DNA of 64,000 nt, taken from Candidatus Dormiibacterota bacterium (GTDB taxonomy: Bacteria; Chloroflexota; Dormibacteria; Aeolococcales; Aeolococcaceae). The DNA lies in contig DASXNK010000159.1 in the NCBI GenBank assembly GCA_036495095.1, positions 10,515 through 74,514 of the forward strand, given 5' to 3'. Positions 1-8,254 of the stretch are shown piece after piece; within the stretch, counting starts at the first letter, position 1; every line of letters begins with the position of its first letter. The notes under the pieces were generated by a model. It saw only the letters and a program-made list of their open reading frames with translations, made no database searches and was not told the DNA's origin. The position numbers and the translations under genes are program-made.

Positions 1-560
1 GTGCGCGGCGCGCTCCACTGGCGGTGGGCGGCGCCCTGCAGGGCGACCACGATGCGGGTGCCCGGGGCCACCGTGATCGTCCGGCCGGAGTCGGCCTCGG
101 TGAGGGTCACCGTGACCACCCCGCCGCTCGAGGGCGGGCGCGCCGGCGAGCCGGACGAGCCCCCGGCGGCGACCGCGGGCGCCGGGGTGGCGGCCGGCGG
201 TGACGCCGGGCCGGGACGGCCCGCGGGCGGCACCGCGATCGCCCGGCCGGGCGGCGGCACCTCGGCGGCCCGGCTGTCGAGGGACCCCGACGAGGGCAGC
301 GGCGTGGGGTGGACGGCGTGGCGGCCCTGGCCCTCGGTGCGCTCCATCGCCGGCCGGCCTCCGGCGAGGGCGACGAAGATGGCCACCGTCGCCACCGCGG
401 CGAGCACCGGTAGCCAGCGCATCGCGAGCTGGGGCCGGCGGGGCTGGAACGGGCTCAGCCACCGGCGCCGGCGCCGCGAGTGCATCCCCCGCAGCGCCGC
501 GGGCGGGTCGGGCCAGATCCGCCGCCCGATGTCGTCGACCTGGTTGCGGAGGTCGCTCAT
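1..560 (-). CDS. putative anti-sigma factor, single-pass membrane protein (C-terminal part runs off the window)
   Basis: Hand translation of the minus strand from ATG 558-560 gives MSDLRNQVDDIGRRIWPDPPAALRGMHSRRRRRWLSPF... with one hydrophobic helix (WLPVLAAVATVAIFVALAG). The frame stays open to nt 1. ATGA start/stop overlap with the ECF sigma gene upstream. Absent from the ORF track because no stop lies in the window. Confidence 0.6.
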   Translation of the reverse strand, partial: MSDLRNQVDDIGRRIWPDPPAALRGMHSRRRRRWLSPFQPRRPQLAMRWLPVLAAVATVAIFVALAGGRPAMERTEGQGRHAVHPTPLPSSGSLDSRAAEVPPPGRAIAVPPAGRPGPASPPAATPAPAVAAGGSSGSPARPPSSGGVVTVTLTEADSGRTITVAPGTRIVVALQGAAHRQWSAPR

Positions 561-1054
561 CTCGACTCCCCGAGCAGCTCGCGGAGCCGGCGGGTGGCGC
601 GCTTGAGGTGGGTCTTCACCGTCTCCGGCGAGATCGAGGCGGCGGCCGCGACCTCGCCGACGGGGCGGCCCTCGACATGGCGGAGGACCACGGCCATGCG
701 CTGCATCGGGCTCAGCCCCTCCAGGCCCCAGCGCACCCAGAGGCGGTCGATGTCGTCGAGGACCGCGGCGCGCATCTCCGCCTCGAGCGGGGTCTCGCGG
801 CGGTGGCGCCGCCAGGCGTCGATCGCCAGCCGGGTGGCCACCCGGGCCACCCAGAGATCGGGCCGGTCGAGGCGGGAGACCCGCCCCCAGCGGGTCAGCG
901 CCCGGGCGTAGGCGTCCTGGACGGCGTCCTCGGCGGCGGCGACGTCGCCGGTGGCGACGGCGACGATGCCCACGATCCGCTGGCAGCTCTCCTCGAAGAA
1001 CGCCTCGAAGGATGCCTCCGAGGACGCCTCCGCCTGCTGCGCCGGAATGTCCAT
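557..1054 (-). CDS. ECF-type RNA polymerase sigma-70 family factor
   Basis: 3' part of ORF 557..1339. Region 2 (DAVQDAYARALTRWGRV, DLWVARVATRLAIDAWRRH) and region 4 HTH (LSPMQRMAVVLRHVEGRPVGEVAAAASISPETVKTHLKRATRRL). Start placed at in-frame ATG 1054 (MDIPAQQ). Confidence 0.85.
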   Translation of the reverse strand: MDIPAQQAEASSEASFEAFFEESCQRIVGIVAVATGDVAAAEDAVQDAYARALTRWGRVSRLDRPDLWVARVATRLAIDAWRRHRRETPLEAEMRAAVLDDIDRLWVRWGLEGLSPMQRMAVVLRHVEGRPVGEVAAAASISPETVKTHLKRATRRLRELLGESR

Positions 1055-1151
1055 CGTCAGGGTCGCGGCGTCCACGTCATGCACACGTTTAACGGCCACC
1101 TCCCGGGGGACATGGCGCGGAGCCACCTGCTTCCCTCGATATGCTTCCGAC

Positions 1152-1490
1152 ATGGCGAAGCCGCTGACCCTCACCGACGGCAATTTCCGGGAGCGCGTGA
1201 TCGAGTCGCCGATCCCCGCGCTCGTCGAGTTCTGGGCCGCATGGAACGCGACCTGCAAGGCCCTGGCCCCGAGCCTGGAGGTGCTGGCCGAGGAGTATGC
1301 GGGACGGGTGGTGGTCGCGAAGCTGGACGTCGACGCCAACCCCCAGACCGCCGCCCTCTTCGCGGTGATGACGGTGCCGACCCTCCTGCTCTTCCACCGC
1401 GGCCAGGCGCTGGAGCGGATCGACGGCTACCGCCCCATCCAGGTGTTCCGCGACGAGCTCGAGCAGGTCCTCGTCGGCGTGTGGAGCTGA
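1152..1490 (+). CDS. thioredoxin-fold protein with degenerate active site (WNATC instead of WCGPC)
   Basis: 3' part of ORF 951..1490 from ATG 1152: MAKPLTLTDGNFRERVIESPIPALVEFWAAWNATCKALAP...VPTLLLFHRGQ. Typical thioredoxin length and motifs, but the first active-site Cys is Asn (checked in DNA: tgg aac gcg acc tgc). Confidence 0.8.
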   Translation: MAKPLTLTDGNFRERVIESPIPALVEFWAAWNATCKALAPSLEVLAEEYAGRVVVAKLDVDANPQTAALFAVMTVPTLLLFHRGQALERIDGYRPIQVFRDELEQVLVGVWS

Positions 1491-1497
1491 CCCCGGC

Positions 1498-2220
1498 CTG
1501 AGCGATGAGCCCCTCGCCGTCCTCGCCGCCACGCCGCCGCCGCCGGAGACGCTGCTGCTGCTGATCCGCCACGCCGAGCAGGCGACGATGCAGCGCCGCG
1601 ACGCCCCGCTCAGCGACCGCGGCGAGCGGCAGGCGGAGCGGCTCGCCGAGCGGCTCGCCGCCCTGCCGCTCACCGCGGTGGTCTCCAGCCACCTTCGGCG
1701 CGCCCGGCGCACCGCCGAGGTCGTGGCCGGGCGGGCCGGGCTCGAGGCCGAGGTGGAGGAGGGGCTGGAGGAGGTCCGCCTCGGCGAGGAGGCGCGCTGG
1801 CGCCGCTACCGCGGGCTGCTGGAGCCCGATCCGGACGACTACGTCACCGCCGCGCTCAACGCGGTGCGGGTGCTGTCCCGCGCCCGCTGGACCGGCGAGG
1901 ACGGCGAGGAGTCCCTGGAGTCGCTGCTGGAGCGCGGGCTCGCCGCCATCGACCGGGTGACCGAGCGCCACCAAGGCGGGGTGATCGCCTGCGTCTCCCA
2001 CGGCGGGTTCATCAACGCCGTGCTCGGCTCGTGGACCGGGGCGCAGCGCCACATGTGGTTCGTGCCCTGGCACACCGGCATCTCGTCGGTGCTGATCCGG
2101 GGCGACGAGCGGGTGCTGCTCGGGCTCAACGACGCCACCCACCTGGGCCGCGACCAGGACATGCTCCACATCCTCGCCGCCGACGTGGTCAGCCGGCGCA
2201 GCGAGGGTCGAGGCCGATGA
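1498..2220 (+). CDS. histidine phosphatase family protein (phosphoglycerate-mutase-like)
   Basis: ORF 1588..2220 has the SHGGFINA and DATHL motifs. The catalytic RH motif (LLLLIRHAEQ) is encoded in the same frame upstream of the first ATG/GTG/TTG. The start is therefore tentatively placed at CTG 1498 and remains uncertain. Confidence 0.7.
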   Translation: MSDEPLAVLAATPPPPETLLLLIRHAEQATMQRRDAPLSDRGERQAERLAERLAALPLTAVVSSHLRRARRTAEVVAGRAGLEAEVEEGLEEVRLGEEARWRRYRGLLEPDPDDYVTAALNAVRVLSRARWTGEDGEESLESLLERGLAAIDRVTERHQGGVIACVSHGGFINAVLGSWTGAQRHMWFVPWHTGISSVLIRGDERVLLGLNDATHLGRDQDMLHILAADVVSRRSEGRGR

Positions 2221-4762
2221 GCACCACCCCGTCGGTGTCGCCGAGGTAGAGGCCGGAGCTGTCGCCGGTGAGCTCGTGGGGGCGGGCGACGCCGGCGGTG
2301 GCGCGGACCGCCCCGCTGTGGGGGTCGGCGCAGCTCAGCGTGGCCCGCTGCGCGTCGGCGAGCCAGAGCAGTCCGTCGACCACGAAGGCGCGCAGGGTGT
2401 TGCCGCTGGGCAGGCCGCCGGAGGTCACCGCCAGTGGCGCGGCGAGGGCGCGGAGGTCGGCGGCGCGGCGGTGGCTGAGCTCCGAGGACAGGCCGGTGGG
2501 ATGGGTGATCCACACCCCGTCGCTGTCGGCGGCGAGCCGGGCGCCGGCGGTGCTGTGCTCGGTGGCCGACGCCCGCCCGGCGCCGCTCGCGGGGTCGTGG
2601 ACGCTGACCAGGGCGTCGCCGGAGGGCAGCCGCGTGCTCACGTACAGGTGCGCCCGGGCGGGGTCGAGGGCGACGTCGTCGATGCCGCCGCCCCCGTCCT
2701 GGGGGAGGGAGCGCAGCAGGGTGCCGGCGGTGGGGTCGACACCGAGCAGGTCGTGGCCCCAGCCCAGCCAGAGCAGCCCGTCGGTTCCCGCCAGCCGTGC
2801 CGAGAACTGCTCGAGATCGGCGGGGGGCTGCAGCGCCACCTCGTGCTCCACCTGCAGGCTCGCCGGGTCGAGTCCGTAGAGCGCCTGGCGCCCGGGGTTG
2901 GAGACTCCCGGGTGCACCCCCGCGCCCACCCAGAGCAGGCCGCCGGCGAGGGCGAGGCTGTCGGCGGCGGGAAAGGGCCCGGCCATCGTCACCCGGCCGG
3001 TGGCGCGGTCGAGGCGCGCCACCATCGCCCGGTCCGGGTCCCACACCCCCAGGGTGAGGCGCTCGACGACGGCGTAGACGGCGTCGCCGTCCACGGCCAC
3101 GGCATCGACACTGCCCAGCGGCAGCACGCCGCGCACCCACGGCGACGGCGGGGTCGCGGCGGTGGCGATCTCCGCCGGGGGAAGCGAGCCGCCCCGGCGC
3201 AGCCAGCCCCGCCCGGACCACGTCCAGCTGTCGTCGTAGACGCTCCCGGAGCGGCCGCCGACGATGCAGCAGCCGCCGAAGAGGAGCGCCTGGCCGCGCC
3301 GCGCGTCGTAGGCGACCGCCGCCCCGAATCGCGCCCCCGGCCCCTCGGGGTCGGGTCCGGCGTCGTACCAGTCGCCGTCCTGCCAGGACCAGGTGTCGTA
3401 GCCGGGGACGACGACGCCGCCGGGGGAGCCGCTCAGCTGGCCGTCGACGACCCGCTTGGCAGCGAGCTCGGTGCCGGGGTGGCGCTCGGTCCAGCCGTCG
3501 CCGTCCCAGCTCCACACCGCCGCGGTGGCGGCGACGCCGCCGCAGGCCGAGGCGGTGGGCAGGGCGGTGACCAGCACCAGGCCGCGGGCGGCGGGGTCGT
3601 AGGCGAGCCGGCCGCTGAGCGCCGCTCGCGGCGCGGTGGCGGGAGCCAGCTCCGCCCAGCCGGCTCCGGTCCAGCGCCAGGTTGCGAGGGTGCAGGGCGA
3701 GCCCCGCCGGCCGCCGTCGCTCACCAGCAGCACCCGGCCGGCGGCCTCGTCGGTGGCCAGCGCCGCGGTGCCCGTTCCCAGCCGGCCGGGCGGGGAGAGG
3801 GTGGTCTGCAGCCGGCTCCAGCCGCTCCCGTCCCAGGCCCAGGTGTCCCGCAGCGACGCCTCGGGCATGCCCGGGGCGGTCGACCCCTCACCGCCGAAGA
3901 GCAGGAGGCGGCGGCTCGACGGGTCCCACGCCAGCGCCGCGGCCTTCCGCGGCGAGGGCGACCGGGCCGGGTGGCGGCGATGCCAGGCGGCGCCGTCCCA
4001 GGTCCAGGTGTCGCCGAGCAGCCGGTTCTCGCCGGCGCGCCCGCCGAAGAGCACGACCTCGCCGCGGACGGGGTCGTAGCCGGCGGCGGCGAAGGCGCGG
4101 GCCGGCGGTCCCGCCGGTGCCGCGGCCGCCACCCCGGTGACCCGGCCGCCGGGGCGGGCATGGGGTTGCTGGCCGAGCGCACCGGCGGACGCCCCCACCC
4201 CTCCGACCAGGGCGGCGGCGACCGCGGCGACCGCCAGCCGGGGTCCCGGCCCCCCGGCGAGCAGCCGCCGGGGGTGGAGGCGCTCGCGCCGGCGCCGCGC
4301 CGCCAGCGCCCGCCGCACCCGCTCGTCGAGCCCGGCGGGGGTGGCGATCTCGCCGGACGGGGGATCGCGCAGCCGGCCCAGGGCGCGGCGCCGGGCCCGG
4401 ATCACCGCCGCCTCGCCGACGTCGAGGAGCTCGGCGACGGCGGCGGTGCCGAGGCCGGCGCCGAGCTCGAGGGCGAGCACCGAGCGCTCCCGCCCGCGCA
4501 GCCCGGCGAGCCGGTCGGGGATGCCGCCGCGGGCGGGACGGCGCCGGAGCAGCCGGCCGGCGAGGCGCCGCCGCCTCCGCGAGGCGATCGCGGCGCGGGT
4601 CAGCCGCAGGATCCGCACCCGCTCGGCCTCGGGATCGCCGTCGGGCTCCGGGGCCGCGGCGCCAGGGGGCACCGCCGCCAGGGCGGCCGCGGCGGCTGCG
4701 AGCGCGTCGTCGGGGTCGCCGAGCTCGAGCAGGCACAGCCGGTGGACCGCGGCGGCGTCCAT
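2189..4762 (-). CDS. membrane-spanning regulator: sigma-70 region-4-like HTH, one TM helix, Kelch-type and a second beta-propeller domain
   Basis: 857-aa ORF. N-terminus LRGRERSVLALELGAGLGTAAVAELLDVGEAAVIRARRRALGRL (region-4 HTH). TM helix LAVAAVAAALVGGVGASAGAL. Repeated (L)FGG...DTWxWDG..W Kelch motifs, then further propeller-like repeats. Confidence 0.8.
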   Translation of the reverse strand: MDAAAVHRLCLLELGDPDDALAAAAAALAAVPPGAAAPEPDGDPEAERVRILRLTRAAIASRRRRRLAGRLLRRRPARGGIPDRLAGLRGRERSVLALELGAGLGTAAVAELLDVGEAAVIRARRRALGRLRDPPSGEIATPAGLDERVRRALAARRRRERLHPRRLLAGGPGPRLAVAAVAAALVGGVGASAGALGQQPHARPGGRVTGVAAAAPAGPPARAFAAAGYDPVRGEVVLFGGRAGENRLLGDTWTWDGAAWHRRHPARSPSPRKAAALAWDPSSRRLLLFGGEGSTAPGMPEASLRDTWAWDGSGWSRLQTTLSPPGRLGTGTAALATDEAAGRVLLVSDGGRRGSPCTLATWRWTGAGWAELAPATAPRAALSGRLAYDPAARGLVLVTALPTASACGGVAATAAVWSWDGDGWTERHPGTELAAKRVVDGQLSGSPGGVVVPGYDTWSWQDGDWYDAGPDPEGPGARFGAAVAYDARRGQALLFGGCCIVGGRSGSVYDDSWTWSGRGWLRRGGSLPPAEIATAATPPSPWVRGVLPLGSVDAVAVDGDAVYAVVERLTLGVWDPDRAMVARLDRATGRVTMAGPFPAADSLALAGGLLWVGAGVHPGVSNPGRQALYGLDPASLQVEHEVALQPPADLEQFSARLAGTDGLLWLGWGHDLLGVDPTAGTLLRSLPQDGGGGIDDVALDPARAHLYVSTRLPSGDALVSVHDPASGAGRASATEHSTAGARLAADSDGVWITHPTGLSSELSHRRAADLRALAAPLAVTSGGLPSGNTLRAFVVDGLLWLADAQRATLSCADPHSGAVRATAGVARPHELTGDSSGLYLGDTDGVVLIGLDPRCAG

Positions 4763-4806
4763 ACGGGAACGATACGCGGCCCGGCGCCGCGCGGATCTCG
4801 GCGGAT

Positions 4807-5445
4807 CTAGGAGGTGCTGCCCTCGCCCCCGGGCGTGACCACCGCCCCGGCGCCGCGGGTGCCGCGGATGATCTCGTCGATCAGGCCGTAGCTCTTCGCC
4901 TCCCCCGGGTCCATGAAGTAGTCGCGCTCGGTGTCGCGGTGGATGGTGTCGAGGTCCTTCCCGGTGTGCTTGGCGAGGATCTCGTCGAGCCGGTTGCGGA
5001 GGAAGAGGGCCTCGCGGGCGTGGATCTCGATGTCCGTTGCCTGGCCGCGGAAGCCGCCCGACACCTGGTGGATGAGCATCCGCGAGTTGGGCAGGCTGTA
5101 GCGCATCCCCGGGGCGCCGCCGGCGAGGATGAGCGCGCCCATCGACGCCGCCAGGCCGATGCAGATGGTGCTGACCCGCGGACGCACGTACTGCATGGTG
5201 TCGTAGATCGCCAGCCCGGCCGTCACCGAGCCGCCCGGCGAGTTGATGTAGATCGAGATGTCCTTCTCCGCGTCCTCGGCCTCGAGGAACAGGAGCTGGG
5301 CCATGATGACGTTGGCGACGTTGTCGTCGACCGGCGTGCCGAGGAAGATCACCCGGTCGCGCAGCAGGCGCGAGTAGATGTCGAAGGCGCGCTCGCCGCG
5401 GTTGGTGGTCTCCACCACCATGGGGATGACAGCGGTCGGGTTCAC
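4807..5445 (-). CDS. clpP: ATP-dependent Clp protease proteolytic subunit
   Basis: [26 protein letters not shown]...[19 protein letters not shown]...[11 protein letters not shown]...IHQ; clear ClpP. GTG 5445 chosen ([14 protein letters not shown]); ATG 5421 is an alternative. The upstream part of ORF 4807..5595 looks non-coding. Confidence 0.95.
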   Translation of the reverse strand: MNPTAVIPMVVETTNRGERAFDIYSRLLRDRVIFLGTPVDDNVANVIMAQLLFLEAEDAEKDISIYINSPGGSVTAGLAIYDTMQYVRPRVSTICIGLAASMGALILAGGAPGMRYSLPNSRMLIHQVSGGFRGQATDIEIHAREALFLRNRLDEILAKHTGKDLDTIHRDTERDYFMDPGEAKSYGLIDEIIRGTRGAGAVVTPGGEGSTS

Positions 5446-5609
5446 CGCGCGGACCTCCGTGTGCCTGCCGGGCGCCGGGGTGCGCCCCGACGCGGTCTGG
5501 ATACCCGCGCCGGGCTGCATCCTACACGGGGTCTCGTCGCCGGGGAGATCACGGATGCGTAACCACCCTCCGTACCTGCTGTCGAGTGGCGGCAAGGAGG
5601 AGTGTCAGC

Positions 5610-6377
5610 ATGTCCCGGTTCGGATCCCTCGCCGCCGCCGCCGGCCTCGGTCTCGGCCTCGCCGCCGCCGCGACCGCGCCCGCCGGCGCCGCCCCCGCGG
5701 CCGCCGCCACCGCCCGGATCACCGACGGCTGCGGGTCGCTCGCCCACTGCTTCACCCCGGGGACGATCACGGTCGCCGCCGGCACCCGGGTGACCTGGAC
5801 CAGCGCCAGCAGCGCGCCCCACACCGTCACCTGCGACGCCTCCTGCCCGGGCGCGGGTCCGGGCAGCGGCACCCTGACGATGGGGAGCGGCTACGGCTTC
5901 ACCTTCACCACCCCCGGCAGCTACGGCTACCACTGCGACATCCACCCCGACATGACCGGCACGGTGGTGGTGAGCGGCGCCCCCGCCACCCCGGCGCCGA
6001 CCCAGGTGCCCGCCCCGCCGCCGCCGACGGCGCCCCGACCCACCACCGCGCCGCCGCCACCGCCCTCGCCGGCGCACGTCGCCACCGCCGCGCCGGCGCC
6101 CCCGGCCCCGGCGGCGGCGGCCACCCCCCCGCCGGCCCCGGTCGCCACCGCCGCCCCCGCCGCCGAGACCACCGCGGCGCCGGTCGCCCAGGTCCCGGCC
6201 GCCGTCGGGGCCGCCGGGGACGCCCCGACCGGCCCCACCGGCGGCACCGGGCCGGCCGCCCCGGCCCCGGCCTCCGCCCCGACCGGCTCGCCGGTGCCGG
6301 CGCTGGCGGCCGGCCTGGGCCTGCTCGCGGTCGCGGCGGCGGGCGGAGGGATGTGGTGGCGGCGCCGCGCCCGGTGA
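5610..6377 (+). CDS. secreted, membrane-anchored type-1 copper (cupredoxin) protein
   Basis: AAGGAGG 9 nt before ATG 5610. Signal peptide, ligand pattern APHTV...YHCDIHPDM (His, Cys-x2-His-x2-Met), long Pro/Ala linker, C-terminal TM helix plus RRRAR. Confidence 0.8.
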   Translation: MSRFGSLAAAAGLGLGLAAAATAPAGAAPAAAATARITDGCGSLAHCFTPGTITVAAGTRVTWTSASSAPHTVTCDASCPGAGPGSGTLTMGSGYGFTFTTPGSYGYHCDIHPDMTGTVVVSGAPATPAPTQVPAPPPPTAPRPTTAPPPPPSPAHVATAAPAPPAPAAAATPPPAPVATAAPAAETTAAPVAQVPAAVGAAGDAPTGPTGGTGPAAPAPASAPTGSPVPALAAGLGLLAVAAAGGGMWWRRRAR

Positions 6378-6399
6378 GAGGGTGCCCGGCGGCCATACG

Positions 6400-7218
6400 A
6401 TGTGCCCCATGCCCGCCCCGGCCCGGCCTCGCGTGTCGCAGCTGCTCGCCAGCGTGGCGGTGCTCGGGATGCTGCTGCCGCCGGCGACGGGCGGGGCGGC
6501 GTCGACCCATGGGGTGACCATCGGCGGCGCCGGCACCCCCCAGTCGCCGTACGTCTACCAGGGGGTGCCGGCGAGCATCACCGCCGGCGACACCATGACC
6601 TGGCTCAACCCCACCACCGTGAACCACACGGTGACGCCGACGGTGACGCCCGACCCGGGCTTCCGCAGCCACGACCTCAACGGCCAGGGCTCGTACCACG
6701 AGTACCGCTTCACCGTCCCGGGCAGCTACACCTTCCACTGCCAGAACCACCCCGACACGATGCACGCCTCGATCACGGTCAACCCCGCGCCCAGCCCCAC
6801 CGCGACCGCCGCGCCGACCGCGGTGCCGGCTCCCCGCCCCGCGCCCACGGTGGCGGCCACCGCGCGGGCGGCCGCCACGGTTCCGGCCACGGGGTCGGGG
6901 ACGCCCGCGCACAGCGCCAGCCCGGCCCCCACCTCGACCCCGGTCCGGACCACCAGCAGCAGCACCACCACCACCGTGCCGCCGGTGGCGGCGGCCCAGA
7001 CGCCGCTCAGCGACGCCGAGACCGACACCGAGACCGCGACCACCTCGGGGACCGTCCTCCCCACCGCCCCGCAGCCGCCGCTCACCGCCGCCCCCGCCGA
7101 CCACGGCGGCCCCGCACCCGCGGTCGTGCTCGGCCTGCTCGCGCTGCTGCTGGCGCTCGCCGGCGGGGCCCTGGCGCTGCGGCGCCGCGCGGAGGATCAT
7201 CCGAGCCCGCCCCCTTGA
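6400..7218 (+). CDS. secreted, membrane-anchored type-1 copper (cupredoxin) protein, paralogue
   Basis: VNHTV...FHCQNHPDTM copper-ligand pattern, signal peptide, Pro/Thr/Ala linker, C-terminal TM helix plus RRRAE. Start ambiguous (GTG 6382, ATG 6400, ATG 6409). Confidence 0.8.
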   Translation: MCPMPAPARPRVSQLLASVAVLGMLLPPATGGAASTHGVTIGGAGTPQSPYVYQGVPASITAGDTMTWLNPTTVNHTVTPTVTPDPGFRSHDLNGQGSYHEYRFTVPGSYTFHCQNHPDTMHASITVNPAPSPTATAAPTAVPAPRPAPTVAATARAAATVPATGSGTPAHSASPAPTSTPVRTTSSSTTTTVPPVAAAQTPLSDAETDTETATTSGTVLPTAPQPPLTAAPADHGGPAPAVVLGLLALLLALAGGALALRRRAEDHPSPPP

Positions 7219-7258
7219 CGGCCCCGGGGCGCGGGCAACATGATATCGGCACTATCAT
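7215..7258 (+). promoter_or_regulatory. candidate promoter/operator upstream of the yihY-like gene
   Basis: TTGACG (7215-7220), 18-nt spacer, CATGAT (7239-7244). Overlapping inverted repeat ATGATA-N7-TATCAT (7240-7258). AT-richer island 34 nt before the ATG at 7292. Confidence 0.3.
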
Positions 7259-7291
7259 AAGTCGAGCCGTGGGGATGGGAACGAGGCCACC

Positions 7292-8251
7292 ATGAAGCGA
7301 CGTCTGCTCAACTCCTTCCCCGTGCGGGTGATCAAGCGCTACCTCGACGCCCAGGGGACGAACTGGGGAACCCTGATCGCCTGGAACGCGCTCTTCGCGT
7401 TCTTCCCGATCGTCCTGGTGACGATCACCGTGCTCGGCCTGCTCCTCCAGGACCAGGGGCTGAAGGACAGCATCGAGCGCCAGATCGCCGCCGGCTTCCC
7501 CAACTGCCGCAACAGCTCGAACTGCGAGATCATCGTCGCCCTCAACTCCTTCAAGGAGAAGACCGGCGTCTTCGCCATCCTCGGCCTCGCCGGCCTCTTC
7601 TGGAGCGGCTCCGCCCTCTTCGGGGCGATGGACCAGGCGCTCTCCAGCCTCTCCGGATGCAAGGCGCGGGACTTCATCCCGCAGAAGCTGATGTCCTTCG
7701 GCATGATCCTGCTGTTCACGGTGCTGACGGTGCCGCTGATCCTCAGCGGCAGCCTGCTCGGGCTGCTCGAGAAGCTGCCCCTGGTGCCGACCGTCTTCCG
7801 GATCGGACCGGTCTCGCTGCTCCTCCAGCTCGGCCTCGGCATCCTCGACGCCACCCTGCTCTTCACGGCGATCTACTACGTCGTCCCCAACCGCCGCCAG
7901 CGGCTCCGCCAGGTGCTTCCCGGCGCGCTGGTGGCGGCGGCTCTCTTCGAAGGCTTCACCCTGGTCTTCCCCCTGTACTTCCGCCTCAGCGGGGGCTTCG
8001 CCGCCTACGGGCAGACCTTCGCGCTGTTCTTCCTGCTGCTCTTCTACTTCTTCGTCCTCGGCCAGATCGTGATGATCGGCGGCGCCGTGAACGCCGAGCG
8101 CGACCCCGACCTGCGCTCCTGCGACAACGGCGCCGGCGAGCCCGCCGGCGGCCTCACCCCGGCGACGATGGCCGGGCGTGACCGCGTCGAGGAGAGCAAC
8201 GGCTCCCCGCCCGTTCCCGTGGGCAGCGGCATCGCCGAGCGCCGGGCCTAG
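7292..8251 (+). CDS. YihY/BrkB (virulence factor BrkB) family membrane protein
   Basis: 319-aa polytopic membrane ORF with family-typical N-terminus (KRYLDAQGTNWGTLIAWNALFAFFPIVL) and AIYYVVPNRRQRLRQVLPGAL motif. Confidence 0.85.
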   Translation: MKRRLLNSFPVRVIKRYLDAQGTNWGTLIAWNALFAFFPIVLVTITVLGLLLQDQGLKDSIERQIAAGFPNCRNSSNCEIIVALNSFKEKTGVFAILGLAGLFWSGSALFGAMDQALSSLSGCKARDFIPQKLMSFGMILLFTVLTVPLILSGSLLGLLEKLPLVPTVFRIGPVSLLLQLGLGILDATLLFTAIYYVVPNRRQRLRQVLPGALVAAALFEGFTLVFPLYFRLSGGFAAYGQTFALFFLLLFYFFVLGQIVMIGGAVNAERDPDLRSCDNGAGEPAGGLTPATMAGRDRVEESNGSPPVPVGSGIAERRA

Positions 8252-8254
8252 CCT

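Noticed and set aside
1839-4810. Very long ORFs 1839..3515(-), 2276..4810(+) and several nested ones overlapping the Kelch-domain gene
   Set aside because: Their translations are monotonous Arg/Pro/Gly/Ala strings, typical of off-frame or antisense shadows in very GC-rich DNA. The 2189..4762(-) frame has recognisable domains.
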